From Escherichia phage EC128: a stretch of 64,000 nt of DNA. This document shows positions 40,638-50,069 of the stretch, in pieces (positions within the stretch are counted from its first letter, which is position 1; the number at the start of each line of letters is the position of its first letter). Position numbers and translations under genes: made by a program. Where the stretch lies: the sequence record ON210139.1. One strand, given 5' to 3'. The notes under the pieces were generated by a model, which saw only the letters and a list, made by a program, of their open reading frames with translations, was not told the DNA's origin and made no database searches.

Positions 40638-40836
40638 ACCTGTGAAGTATGAACTAAAGCGTCAGCTAATTCCTACTGATGTATTAATAGGTCCTGTGAC
40701 AGCTATATCATTTGTAATTCTATTGGTTGTTGGAATGGTTATAGACTTTATGACTGATATTGAATCTGGCGTAATATTTTTGTTAGTATTAATTCTTCCA
40801 TTAGTAGTTCCATTTTTATTGGTACCTGTAAATTGA
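40606..40836 (+). CDS. Small membrane protein
   Basis: About 76 aa from ATG 40606 with hydrophobic segment VTAISFVILLVVGMVIDF...FLLVLILPLVVPFLLVPV; frame stays open after the TGA stop. Confidence 0.4.
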   Translation: MSKPSLYLPSKPVKYELKRQLIPTDVLIGPVTAISFVILLVVGMVIDFMTDIESGVIFLLVLILPLVVPFLLVPVN

Positions 40837-40979
40837 GTAGGATATTGGTATCAAGGAAGGCATTATCGTAAACGTGTACGTGAATGGAAAGCTCAGTGTA
40901 AAAAGATTAAAAAGGAACACCAGCTTAAATTAGATATGCATGAATTTAACGAAATTATGAAATTTGTTAAGGAATCACG

Positions 40980-41354
40980 ATGCAAAAGCCAAAACTAAAT
41001 AAAGTCAAATATTCTTTTTCTGAGTCATTTTTAATTTTTGCTGTGGCGTTGGCTGCAGCTCTTGCTGGTAGTCTTATTGGATTAATGATTGACTGTATTA
41101 TTTTAAACATCCGCAGTAATGTCAGCGGTATAGTAGATATAATAGAAGTTTGGAGTGAACTTCACTATACTAAAATTATTTCATTATTTTCATTCTTTGG
41201 TACCATGTTATATTTTCATTATGATAATTTTAAAATAAATTGGCAAAGAAAAAAAGATTACAAAATACAATTAAAAGAATATAATAGCTACATGTCTTAT
41301 ATTGAAAAAGAATCAATGGAAGAGTTTGTGAGTGATTGTAGGAAAATTAAATGA
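40980..41354 (+). CDS. Membrane protein
   Basis: 124 aa ORF with N-terminal hydrophobic helix FLIFAVALAAALAGSLIGLMI. Confidence 0.5.
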   Translation: MQKPKLNKVKYSFSESFLIFAVALAAALAGSLIGLMIDCIILNIRSNVSGIVDIIEVWSELHYTKIISLFSFFGTMLYFHYDNFKINWQRKKDYKIQLKEYNSYMSYIEKESMEEFVSDCRKIK

Positions 41355-41839
41355 TTTTAAAAACTCGCTGGTATGATTTAGATGATGGGGATGATGGCAT
41401 TTCAGTTGATAGAGTTGACTGGAATGGTTGTTCCGAAGATATGAAAAATTTGTTGATTAGGGAGTTTAGAATGGGATATCAAGCAGCTAAGCCATTTACT
41501 GTAACAGATGATAAGTTCGTATGTATTCAAAACGGTCGCGCTAAGTTAACGAACGCTGATTGGTTCACAGATAAAATTATGATTCTGTGGTATATTATTA
41601 GTCTTCCTGTGACATCATTCGTATTTTGCTTCTTTGGAGAAAGTCCAATGGACAAAACAGGAGATTGGGTTATTTTAACCATACTTGTTAATATTTTTAC
41701 AGCAGCAATATTATCTGGGATATGGTACACGTTCATTGAAATGCCATGGCGTTTACGCAGACAGCAAAAGATTTTTGATGAAAAGAAATATACTCAAAAT
41801 TTAAATAACTTTATCACTGAATGCAGGAAATTAAAATGA
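41351..41839 (+). CDS. Membrane protein
   Basis: 162 aa ORF with two central hydrophobic helices. Confidence 0.5.
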   Translation: MILKTRWYDLDDGDDGISVDRVDWNGCSEDMKNLLIREFRMGYQAAKPFTVTDDKFVCIQNGRAKLTNADWFTDKIMILWYIISLPVTSFVFCFFGESPMDKTGDWVILTILVNIFTAAILSGIWYTFIEMPWRLRRQQKIFDEKKYTQNLNNFITECRKLK

Positions 41840-42276
41840 AAACACTATCAGCTGGTATTATCTTTATGACAGAAGATAAAGATTTATTCATGGGACGGGT
41901 TACTGGTTCTCGTAAGCCTGGAATGATGGCACATCGCTGGGATATTCCAAAAGGCCGTGTAGAAAATTCTGATTTGAGCGCACTAGATGCAGCACGAAGA
42001 GAATGCTTAGAAGAGACCGGTTTTAGCAATTATAATCCAGACCTTCTAGAAGACCTAGGTGTATTTAAATATTCTAGTAATAAAGACTTACAGCTGTTTT
42101 ATTATACGATTCCAGTAGAGCATGAGATGTTTAGAAATTGCCATTGCGAGTCTTATTTTGAAAATAAAGATGGTGTTATGATTCCAGAGATGGATGCTTT
42201 TGCTCTTATTCCTCGTACTCAGTGGCAATATGTGATGGGTCCTTCACTTTACCGAATAATGAACAGCCTCTTTTAA
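41821..42276 (+). CDS. nudE: Nudix hydrolase NudE
   Basis: 151 aa ORF with Nudix box (RRECLEETGF); directly upstream of e as in T4. Confidence 0.85.
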   Translation: MQEIKMKTLSAGIIFMTEDKDLFMGRVTGSRKPGMMAHRWDIPKGRVENSDLSALDAARRECLEETGFSNYNPDLLEDLGVFKYSSNKDLQLFYYTIPVEHEMFRNCHCESYFENKDGVMIPEMDAFALIPRTQWQYVMGPSLYRIMNSLF

Positions 42277-42807
<531 letters not shown>

Positions 42808-42811
42808 AGTT

Positions 42812-42843
42812 GTTTACTTTCTCCTAGAATTGTGATAGTATAT
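42812..42843 (+). promoter_or_regulatory. Early promoter for denV
   Basis: -35 GTTTAC, -10 TAGTAT with upstream TG, in the 59-nt gap between e and denV. Confidence 0.55.
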
Positions 42844-42866
42844 TCACAGTTACTTGGAGGGATAAA

Positions 42867-43283
42867 ATGACTCGTATTAATTTGACTTTAGTATCTGAAC
42901 TTGCTGATCAACATTTAATCGCAGAATACCGTGAATTGCCGCGTGTTTTTGGTATAGTTCGTAAGCATGTGGCAAACGGTAAGCGCGTTAAAGATTTTAA
43001 AATATCTTCTAAATTTATTTTAGGTTCTGGTCATGTTACTTTCTTTTACGATAAGTTAGAATTTTTGCGAAAGCGTCAATCGGACATTATAACGGAATGC
43101 TTAAAACGCGGGTTCAGTATAAAAGATACTGAAGTTCCTGACATCAGCGATATTCCAGTAGAATGGAAAAATGATTATAATCCATGCAAATCAGCTATTA
43201 AGTTGAGTCAACAACGACTCGATGAAAAAATTTTAATGAAGCCACACTGGTATAAGTATTACGGCAAAAATATTTACATTTAA
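42867..43283 (+). CDS. denV: Endonuclease V (pyrimidine dimer DNA glycosylase)
   Basis: 138 aa [20 protein letters not shown]...; recognised as T4 endonuclease V. Confidence 0.95.
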   Translation: MTRINLTLVSELADQHLIAEYRELPRVFGIVRKHVANGKRVKDFKISSKFILGSGHVTFFYDKLEFLRKRQSDIITECLKRGFSIKDTEVPDISDIPVEWKNDYNPCKSAIKLSQQRLDEKILMKPHWYKYYGKNIYI

Positions 43284-43380
43284 ATAACATGGGAATAACC
43301 TGGACCTCATGATTCTGTGAGGGATTCCCGCCAACCTGTAATAAGGTCGAGCCCAAGTGCGGTAATGGGTAAATACAGAA

Positions 43381-43968
43381 ATGGACAATTCATGCGCCAT
43401 GGAATGGCCCAAACCTAGAGATAACAAAATGAGAACATTTTTAACTGGTCCTTATCTATCCCTGATGAATGCTTTTACACACCATTCTGATGCTAGAGTA
43501 GAAGAAATTTGTAAAAACGAATATATCCCGCCATTTGAAGACTTACTTAAACAGTATTGCACACTTCGACTAGACGGTGGACGTCAATCTGGTAAATCAA
43601 TTGCTGTGACTAACTTTGCTGCTAATTGGTTGTATGATGGCGGAACAGTTATTGTTCTTTCTAATACTTCAGCTTACGCTAAAATTTCTGCAAATAACAT
43701 TAAAAAGGAATTTTCGCGTTATTCTAATGATGATATACGTTTTCGTTTATTTACTGATTCTGTACGCAGTTTTATTGGTAATAAAGGAAGCAAGTTCAGA
43801 GGTTTATCGCTTTCGCGAATTTTGTATATAATTGATGAGCCTGTCAAATCTCCTGATATGGATAAGATTTATAGTGTCCATATTGACACTGTACACTGCT
43901 GCTGTAATATTAAATGTTGTATTGGTGGTATTACTCGTCCACAGTTTTTCGTAATCGGAATGCAATGA
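43381..43968 (+). CDS. P-loop NTPase-like protein with C-terminal cysteine cluster
   Basis: Walker A GGRQSGKS and Walker B-like LYIIDE; C-terminal HCCCNIKCC; real start may be the internal Met at 43429. Confidence 0.5.
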   Translation: MDNSCAMEWPKPRDNKMRTFLTGPYLSLMNAFTHHSDARVEEICKNEYIPPFEDLLKQYCTLRLDGGRQSGKSIAVTNFAANWLYDGGTVIVLSNTSAYAKISANNIKKEFSRYSNDDIRFRLFTDSVRSFIGNKGSKFRGLSLSRILYIIDEPVKSPDMDKIYSVHIDTVHCCCNIKCCIGGITRPQFFVIGMQ

Positions 43969-44294
43969 TGACAGACACTCAGCTTTTCGAATATCTTTAT
44001 TTTTCGCCAAAAACTATTAAAAATAAATTGGTGAATCATTTTGAAATTTTGGCAAATAACAACGTCTTGAGCGAATTTTATCCTAAGCAATACAAATTAC
44101 AAAAAGGCGTATTCAAAGGATGTAGAGTTTTATGTACTGCTCCTAATGCACGGCTAATGAATAAAATTCCATATTTTACCATGGAATTTATTGATGGGCC
44201 TTTTAAAGGACTAATCACACAGAGTTTAATGGCATATGATTCTGAGCCATTTTTAATTAAAGAACAATCTTGGATAAATTTATTTTCTAATTGA
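43965..44294 (+). CDS. Hypothetical protein
   Basis: ORF whose ATG overlaps the upstream stop (ATGATGA); track start 43914. Confidence 0.45.
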   Translation: MMTDTQLFEYLYFSPKTIKNKLVNHFEILANNNVLSEFYPKQYKLQKGVFKGCRVLCTAPNARLMNKIPYFTMEFIDGPFKGLITQSLMAYDSEPFLIKEQSWINLFSN

Positions 44295-44301
44295 GGTTTA
44301 T

Positions 44302-44664
44302 ATGAAAGCATATCAAATTCTTGAAGGCACACATAAAGGTACTATTTATTTTGAAGATGGTATTCAAGCACGAATTATCGTTTCTAAAACCTTTAAAGAG
44401 GACTCTTTTGTAGACCCAGAAATTTTCTATGGTTTGCATGCCCGTGAAATTGAAATTGAGCAACAGCCTACAGTTAAAATTGAAGGTGGTCAACACCTGA
44501 ACGTTAACGTTCTGCGTCGTGAAACTCTGGAAGATGCAGTTAAGCATCCGGAAAAATATCCGCAGCTGACCATCCGTGTATCCGGTTATGCAGTTCGCTT
44601 TAACTCTCTGACTCCGGAACAGCAGCGCGACGTTATCGCTCGTACCTTTACCGAGAGTTTGTAA
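44302..44664 (+). CDS. Autonomous glycyl-radical cofactor (GrcA/YfiD-like)
   Basis: C-terminus [29 protein letters not shown] matches the glycyl-radical signature of GrcA and pyruvate formate-lyase C-termini. Confidence 0.85.
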   Translation: MKAYQILEGTHKGTIYFEDGIQARIIVSKTFKEDSFVDPEIFYGLHAREIEIEQQPTVKIEGGQHLNVNVLRRETLEDAVKHPEKYPQLTIRVSGYAVRFNSLTPEQQRDVIARTFTESL

Positions 44665-44885
44665 TGGCAAAGATAATTATTGAAGGTTCTGAAGATGTGC
44701 TAAATGCTTTCGCCGAATGGTTTAGTAATTCAGGCGAACAGCAATTTAACGAAGCATGGAACATGGGTGATATTAATGGAATTTATCCTACTACAGAAAT
44801 TTCTGTTCAGGGATATGGCATTCATGAACCTATTCGTTTAGTTGAATACGATTTATGTACTGGTGAGGAAGTCAAATATGATTGA
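44664..44885 (+). CDS. Hypothetical protein
   Basis: 73 aa ORF with start/stop overlap with neighbours. Confidence 0.5.
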   Translation: MAKIIIEGSEDVLNAFAEWFSNSGEQQFNEAWNMGDINGIYPTTEISVQGYGIHEPIRLVEYDLCTGEEVKYD

Positions 44886-45144
44886 AGATATTAAAGGTTA
44901 TAAGCCACATACTAACGAAAAAATCGGTAAAGTAAATGCTATTAAAGACGCTGAAGTTCGTTTAGGACTTATCTTTGACGCTTTATACGATGAATTCTGG
45001 GAAGCACTAGATAATTGCGAAGACTACGAATTCGCAAAGAATTATGCTGAAAGCCTCGATCAGCTAACTATTGCTAAAACGAAACTCAAAGAAGCTAGTA
45101 TGTGGGCTTGTCGCGCGGTATTCCAACCAGAGGAAAAATATTAA
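44878..45144 (+). CDS. vs.4-like small protein (candidate Acb2 cyclic-oligonucleotide sponge)
   Basis: Fifth ORF counting from denV toward regB, the vs.4 slot in T4; about 88 aa from the ATG after a GAGGAA RBS; assignment by position and size only. Confidence 0.45.
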   Translation: MIEDIKGYKPHTNEKIGKVNAIKDAEVRLGLIFDALYDEFWEALDNCEDYEFAKNYAESLDQLTIAKTKLKEASMWACRAVFQPEEKY

Positions 45145-45422
45145 TGGCTCAATTAAGCGCAGGGTTTGGTTATGAGTATTATACTGCCCCTCGTCGTGTA
45201 TCTGTTGCTCCTAAGAAAATTCAAAGTCTTGATGATTTCCAGGAAGTAATTCGTAACGCTTTCCAGGACTATGCGCGTTATCTTAAAGAAGATTCACAGG
45301 ACTGTCTCGAAGAAGATGAAATTGCTTATTATGAGCAGCGTCTTGAACAGCTTAAAAACCTACATGAGGTTCGTGCAGAAGTTACAAAGTCTATGAATAA
45401 ATTGATTAGATTTAAAGAATAA
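45144..45422 (+). CDS. Hypothetical protein (vs.3 position)
   Basis: 92 aa from [13 protein letters not shown]; track ORF starts upstream at 45102. Confidence 0.5.
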   Translation: MAQLSAGFGYEYYTAPRRVSVAPKKIQSLDDFQEVIRNAFQDYARYLKEDSQDCLEEDEIAYYEQRLEQLKNLHEVRAEVTKSMNKLIRFKE

Positions 45423-45424
45423 TT

Positions 45425-45455
45425 GTTTACTTTTCCTCTTGACTGTGGTATAATT
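45425..45455 (+). promoter_or_regulatory. Early promoter for regB
   Basis: -35 GTTTAC, extended -10 TGGTATAAT. Confidence 0.65.
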
Positions 45456-45481
45456 TTTCTATCAGTTAAGAGGAGAATAAC

Positions 45482-45943
45482 ATGACTATCAACACAGAAG
45501 TTTTTATCCGTCGAAATAAGCTCCGTCGTCACTTTGAGTCGGAGTTTCGTCAAATTAACAATGAGATTCGTGAGGCATCAAAAGCAGCAGGAGTCTCATC
45601 GTTTCATCTAAAATATTCTCAACATCTTCTTGATCGTGCAATTCAACGGGAGATTGATGAGACATATGTTTTTGAATTATTCCACAAAATAAAAGACCAT
45701 GTTTTAGAAGTTAATGAATTCCTGAGTATGCCTCCGCGTCCTGACATTGACGAGGATTTTATTGATGGGGTTGAATATCGTCCTGGGCGTTTAGAAATCA
45801 CAGATGGAAATCTTTGGCTTGGATTTACAGTTTGTAAACCTAATGCGAAGTTCAAAGACCCGTCACTTCAATGTAGGATGGCCATTATCAACAGTCGTCG
45901 TTTACCAGGAAAGGCTTCTAAAGCAGTAATTAAAACTCAATGA
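45482..45943 (+). CDS. regB: Endoribonuclease RegB
   Basis: 153 aa ORF, GAGGAG RBS; recognised as T4 RegB by sequence and length. Confidence 0.9.
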   Translation: MTINTEVFIRRNKLRRHFESEFRQINNEIREASKAAGVSSFHLKYSQHLLDRAIQREIDETYVFELFHKIKDHVLEVNEFLSMPPRPDIDEDFIDGVEYRPGRLEITDGNLWLGFTVCKPNAKFKDPSLQCRMAIINSRRLPGKASKAVIKTQ

Positions 45944-45950
45944 GGTAAGC

Positions 45951-46496
45951 ATGAGAAAAGCACTACTCGCTGGTCTATTGGCCATTTCTATGATGGCACA
46001 TAGCTCCGAGCATACTTTCAGTAATGTCCAACTCGATAACATGCGTTACGCGTATCAATTCGGGGAACAATTTTCCAAGGATGGAAAATATAAAACACAT
46101 AAAAATATCCACAAGAGCGGATTAGGTCATATAATGGCTGCTATTTTATGGCAAGAAAGCTCTGCCGGAGTTAATTTAAAATCTAAACCAAAGCATCATG
46201 CCTACGGAATGTTCCAAAACTATTTGCCGACCATGCGAGCAAGAGTTAAGGAACTTGGTTATAATATGACCGATGCTGAAATAAAAAGAATGTTGAATAA
46301 ACGGTCCAATTCAGCTTCCTGGGCGTACATTGAACTTTCTTATTGGTTAAATATACATAAGGGCGATATAAGAAAAGCAATATCCTCTTATAATTCGGGA
46401 TGGAATGTTAAAGCAGGTTCTAAATATGCTTCTGAAGTCCTAGAAAAGGCTAACTACCTTAAAAATAATAAACTGTTGGAAATAGTAAATGACTAA
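45951..46496 (+). CDS. vs.1: Secreted lytic-transglycosylase-like protein
   Basis: 181 aa ORF with N-terminal signal peptide MRKALLAGLLAISMMAHS and a QESS motif reminiscent of SLT-domain catalytic Glu; T4 vs.1 position. Confidence 0.6.
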   Translation: MRKALLAGLLAISMMAHSSEHTFSNVQLDNMRYAYQFGEQFSKDGKYKTHKNIHKSGLGHIMAAILWQESSAGVNLKSKPKHHAYGMFQNYLPTMRARVKELGYNMTDAEIKRMLNKRSNSASWAYIELSYWLNIHKGDIRKAISSYNSGWNVKAGSKYASEVLEKANYLKNNKLLEIVND

Positions 46497-46830
46497 AATT
46501 TTGGTTTTATGTGTAGGATTAATTTCATTTTCTGCGTTAGCAGATATATCATATTCTGAAGTTAGAGAGTATGTAAACCGTACTGCCGCGGATTATTGTG
46601 GGAAAAATAAAGCATGCCAAGCTGAATTTGCGCAGAAATTAATATATGCATATAAAGACGGAGAAAGAGATAAATCAAGCAGATATAAAAATGATACATT
46701 GTTAAAACGATATGCTAAAAAGTGGAATACTTTAGAATGTTCAGTTGCGGAGGAGAAAGATAAAGCCGCTTGTCATTCAATGGTTGACCGTTTGGTAGAT
46801 TCTTATAATCGAGGATTGAGTACTAGATGA
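46489..46830 (+). CDS. vs: Valyl-tRNA synthetase modifier-like protein with signal peptide
   Basis: 113 aa ORF with N-terminal signal-like MTKILVLCVGLISFSALA; T4 vs position and similar size. Confidence 0.55.
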   Translation: MTKILVLCVGLISFSALADISYSEVREYVNRTAADYCGKNKACQAEFAQKLIYAYKDGERDKSSRYKNDTLLKRYAKKWNTLECSVAEEKDKAACHSMVDRLVDSYNRGLSTR

Positions 46831-47306
46831 TTGTAAAATATATCAAGGGCGATATTGTCGCCCTATTTCTTCAAGGTAATATTATTGCGCACGGGTGTAA
46901 CTGTTTTCATACTATGGGTTCAGGTGTAGCGGGTCAATTAGCAAGGGCCTATCCTAAAATTTTAGAAATAGATAAAACCACTACCGAGTACGGTTCTCGT
47001 GATAAATTAGGCGATATGTCTATTGTTTTTAAACATAATCCTACAGGATTTGGTATATGCTATAACCTGTATACACAATACGAACCGGGTCCTAATCTTG
47101 ATTATGGTGCTTTAGTAAACTGCATGATAGAATTAAATCTACAGGCAGAGACTCTTTTGTTTAAACCAGTAATTTACATTCCACGCATAGGTTGTGGTAT
47201 TGCTGGCGGCGATTGGGATAAGGTTTCTAAATTAATCGACATGTTTACTCCTGATATTGATTTGATAGTGGTGGATTATGAAAGTACATTACCCGCATCC
47301 GTTTGA
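46827..47306 (+). CDS. Macro-domain protein (ADP-ribose binding / processing)
   Basis: N-terminal KGDIVA...IAHGCNCFHTMGSGVAGQLARAYP and C-terminal IPRIGCGIAGGDWDKV resemble macro-domain diphosphate-binding loops. Confidence 0.6.
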   Translation: MIVKYIKGDIVALFLQGNIIAHGCNCFHTMGSGVAGQLARAYPKILEIDKTTTEYGSRDKLGDMSIVFKHNPTGFGICYNLYTQYEPGPNLDYGALVNCMIELNLQAETLLFKPVIYIPRIGCGIAGGDWDKVSKLIDMFTPDIDLIVVDYESTLPASV

Positions 47307-47490
47307 TCCTAAAAACAAAGCGGAAATTATTCGTCAATGGGAACGCATTTGCCGTACTAAATGCCCAATTAATAGTCCTCATGATGTAGATAAAGACTAT
47401 ATTGGAACATTCGTTGAATATACCTTTATTGATAGGAAAGGTCGTAAACAACATGTAGAAGAATATTGCTTAAAGGTTACATGGTTATGA
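47278..47490 (+). CDS. Hypothetical protein
   Basis: 70 aa ORF overlapping neighbours. Confidence 0.4.
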   Translation: MKVHYPHPFDPKNKAEIIRQWERICRTKCPINSPHDVDKDYIGTFVEYTFIDRKGRKQHVEEYCLKVTWL

Positions 47491-47693
47491 GCCAAACTAG
47501 TATTCTTAAAAATGCCCATTGTGAAAATTGTAAATGGCCTGTTGTTTTTGCTTTATGTAATGATGAAATGGCCTGTGATTTTGACTATTGGTGCTATTGT
47601 TCTAATAAAGGATGCATCAATCATAAAGGTGAAGGATTTTATTCAGGATTTTATCCTTATCCTGATTTCGTTAAAGAAGGTAAACCAAAATGA
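47466..47693 (+). CDS. Cys/His-rich small protein
   Basis: 75 aa ORF with CENCKW...CNDEMACDFDYWCYCSNKGCINH metal-binding-like pattern. Confidence 0.45.
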   Translation: MLKGYMVMSQTSILKNAHCENCKWPVVFALCNDEMACDFDYWCYCSNKGCINHKGEGFYSGFYPYPDFVKEGKPK

Positions 47694-47863
47694 ATAATTT
47701 TGAGTTACAATATGAAGTGTTACGTGAACTTGATAATTTAATTGAACTCGCTGTTAATAAAGGTTTTGCCATTGGAATTGGTCAAAAAGATACTGATCAT
47801 TTAACTATGGAAATATTTAAGCAAAAACGAATTATTTTAAAACTTCTGGAAATTAATATATGA
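47690..47863 (+). CDS. Hypothetical small protein
   Basis: 57 aa ORF (below track cut-off) filling the gap, ATGA overlap with the next ORF. Confidence 0.35.
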   Translation: MNNFELQYEVLRELDNLIELAVNKGFAIGIGQKDTDHLTMEIFKQKRIILKLLEINI

Positions 47864-48045
47864 GTCTGAGCAAAGAACAAAAAGATAAATTGTTTGAGCT
47901 TATCCATGAACTTCTAGATGAGCATACAGAAGTAAACACCTTTTATGATGAATACGGCCCGCTATCTCCCGAACAGCAAGAAGAATTTGCTGACCGGTTT
48001 GATAAGAAAGAAAACGAATTAATAGCTTATGTGAATACGCTTTAA
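47860..48045 (+). CDS. Hypothetical acidic protein
   Basis: 61 aa ORF. Confidence 0.4.
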   Translation: MSLSKEQKDKLFELIHELLDEHTEVNTFYDEYGPLSPEQQEEFADRFDKKENELIAYVNTL

Positions 48046-48054
48046 GAAGGTGAT

Positions 48055-48636
48055 ATGGCGAGTTTAATTTTTACTTATGCGGCAATGAATGCTGGAAAAT
48101 CTGCTTCTCTTTTGACTGCTGCACATAATTATAAAGAACGCGGAATGAGTGTATTAGTTCTTAAGCCTGCTATTGATACTCGCGATTCTGTCTGTGAAGT
48201 CGTTTCTCGCATTGGAATTAAGCAGGAAGCGAATATTATTACGGATGATATGGATATTTTTGAGTTCTATAAATGGGCTGAAGCACAAAAAGATATTCAT
48301 TGTGTATTTGTAGATGAGGCCCAGTTTTTAAAAACTGAACAGGTGCATCAATTAAGCCGAATTGTTGATACATATAATGTTCCTGTTATGGCTTATGGGC
48401 TAAGGACTGATTTCGCTGGAAAATTATTTGAAGGTTCTAAAGAACTTTTAGCGATTGCAGATAAACTTATTGAACTAAAAGCAGTTTGTCATTGCGGCAA
48501 AAAAGCGATTATGACAGCTCGATTAATGGAAGATGGAACACCAGTTAAAGAAGGTAATCAAATCTGTATTGGTGATGAAATTTATGTTTCTTTGTGTAGA
48601 AAACATTGGAATGAATTAACTAAAAAGCTCGGTTAG
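48055..48636 (+). CDS. tk: Thymidine kinase
   Basis: 193 aa ORF with P-loop AAMNAGKSASLL and C-terminal CHCGKK...C zinc ribbon typical of type II thymidine kinases. Confidence 0.93.
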   Translation: MASLIFTYAAMNAGKSASLLTAAHNYKERGMSVLVLKPAIDTRDSVCEVVSRIGIKQEANIITDDMDIFEFYKWAEAQKDIHCVFVDEAQFLKTEQVHQLSRIVDTYNVPVMAYGLRTDFAGKLFEGSKELLAIADKLIELKAVCHCGKKAIMTARLMEDGTPVKEGNQICIGDEIYVSLCRKHWNELTKKLG

Positions 48637-48645
48637 TGCAAAAGT

Positions 48646-48653
48646 TATAAATA
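48646..48653 (+). promoter_or_regulatory. Late promoter (TATAAATA)
   Basis: TATAAATA upstream of the 48679 ORF and rI. Confidence 0.5.
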
Positions 48654-48678
48654 GGTTTATCTAACTAAAGGGGTATAT

Positions 48679-48891
48679 ATGCTACAATTAACTGAAAAGC
48701 AACTTCGCAATCTTACTGTTCTTCAATTAGATGAAATTCGTAGGGAAGTTGGAAATATCATTTCAGCTTTGCGTCGAGAAGTATCACTCAACCAATCTCC
48801 GGCAGACTATACTAGATTGCGAAATTTTGAAAAATACCTTGATAAAGTTAAGGCCGTGCACCGGCACAAAGTAAATACAGGACAAAAATGA
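48679..48891 (+). CDS. Hypothetical protein (rI.-1 position)
   Basis: 70 aa ORF between tk and rI. Confidence 0.5.
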
Positions 48892-48903
48892 TAGGAGGCC
48901 TTT

Positions 48904-49197
48904 ATGGCCTTAAAAGCAACGGCACTATTTGCCATGCTAGGATTAGCGTTTGCTTTATCTCCACCAATTGAAGCGAATGTCGATCCTCATTTTGATAAAT
49001 TTATGGAATCTGGTATTAGACACGTTTATATGCTTTTTGAAAACAAAAGCGTAGAATCATCTGAACAGTTCTATAGTTTTATGCGAACGACTTATAAAAA
49101 TGACCCGTGCTCTTCCGATTTTGAATGTATAGAGCGAGGCGCGGAGATGGCACAATCATACGCTAGAATTATGAACATTAAATTGGAGACTGAATGA
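48904..49197 (+). CDS. rI: Lysis inhibition regulator RI (periplasmic antiholin)
   Basis: 97 aa ORF with N-terminal signal-anchor MALKATALFAMLGLAFALS; T4 position and length. Confidence 0.85.
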   Translation: MALKATALFAMLGLAFALSPPIEANVDPHFDKFMESGIRHVYMLFENKSVESSEQFYSFMRTTYKNDPCSSDFECIERGAEMAQSYARIMNIKLETE

Positions 49198-49580
49198 AAT
49201 TCAGCGACTTTTCACAAAGTGGAAAACCTTCAAAGGCAGATGAATACTTAGGTTTATTAATGGCTGCACAAGCTTATTTTCATTCTGCGCATTTTGAAAC
49301 TAAAAGTTATGCTAGACACAAAGCATACGATTTTATTTTCTCTGAGTTGCCAGATTTGATTGATAAATTTGGTGAGCAATATTTGGGGTATTCTGGTAGA
49401 AAATACACGCCTTCTATTCCAGATGCCAGTAAACTTCCTACCGACACAATTAAAATGATTGATCGCATACTAGACCAATCTAACAGCATTTACAAAGAAA
49501 TGCCTCCAGCCATTCAAAGCACGATAGATGATATTACTGGAATGTTTTACCAGAGCAAATATCTTCTTTCCCTCGAATAA
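49194..49580 (+). CDS. rI.1: Hypothetical protein rI.1
   Basis: 128 aa ORF overlapping the rI stop. Confidence 0.6.
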   Translation: MKFSDFSQSGKPSKADEYLGLLMAAQAYFHSAHFETKSYARHKAYDFIFSELPDLIDKFGEQYLGYSGRKYTPSIPDASKLPTDTIKMIDRILDQSNSIYKEMPPAIQSTIDDITGMFYQSKYLLSLE

Positions 49581-49584
49581 CATT

Positions 49585-49608
49585 AGTCTCCTTCGGGAGA
49601 CTTTTTTC
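49585..49608 (+). terminator. Rho-independent terminator after rI.1
   Basis: AGTCTCC-ttcg-GGAGACT hairpin followed by TTTTTTC. Confidence 0.75.
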
Positions 49609-49617
49609 ATTTTACCG

Positions 49618-49650
49618 GTTTACTTTCCATTTGAGCTGTGATACTATACA
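49618..49650 (+). promoter_or_regulatory. Early promoter
   Basis: -35 GTTTAC, -10 TGATACTAT. Confidence 0.6.
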
Positions 49651-49675
49651 ACCATCGGATAAAGAGGAGAACATC

Positions 49676-49864
49676 ATGAAAATTGAAGCACTTAATCAAG
49701 AAGGAAATATCTACGTCATCATTAACGGCGATTTTTTCGTCGACATGGATGAAGTTACCAGTGAAGAACTTGAAGAACTTCTTAAGAAACGTTATGATAT
49801 GTGTGATGAAGCTGCAACTCATATGGCGTGTGCAATATTCTCTCTTTCATATGTGGTGGAATAA
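49676..49864 (+). CDS. Hypothetical acidic protein
   Basis: About 62 aa from [10 protein letters not shown] after an AAGAGGAG RBS; track start 49631. Confidence 0.45.
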   Translation: MKIEALNQEGNIYVIINGDFFVDMDEVTSEELEELLKKRYDMCDEAATHMACAIFSLSYVVE

Positions 49865-50067
49865 TGATTAGTATCGAACAAGCAGATAAAATTAAAGAAT
49901 TGGTAGCTTTAATTCGCAAAGCAGATGAGGAACTTAGTGACTTTGCTTGGTTTTCGGCAGGCATTGCAAATAAAGGTATTGAAGAATTTGAAGCTAAAGT
50001 TGATAATGCTGTAGAAGCTTTAGATATGTTTCTTGATGAAATTATCGATCACAATACGAGAGTTTAA
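49864..50067 (+). CDS. Hypothetical acidic protein
   Basis: 67 aa ORF. Confidence 0.45.
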   Translation: MISIEQADKIKELVALIRKADEELSDFAWFSAGIANKGIEEFEAKVDNAVEALDMFLDEIIDHNTRV

Positions 50068-50069
50068 GT

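Noticed and set aside
44287-44670. Minus-strand 127 aa ORF opposite the GrcA-like gene
   Set aside because: Fully antisense to a gene with a strong conserved motif; no RBS; spurious.
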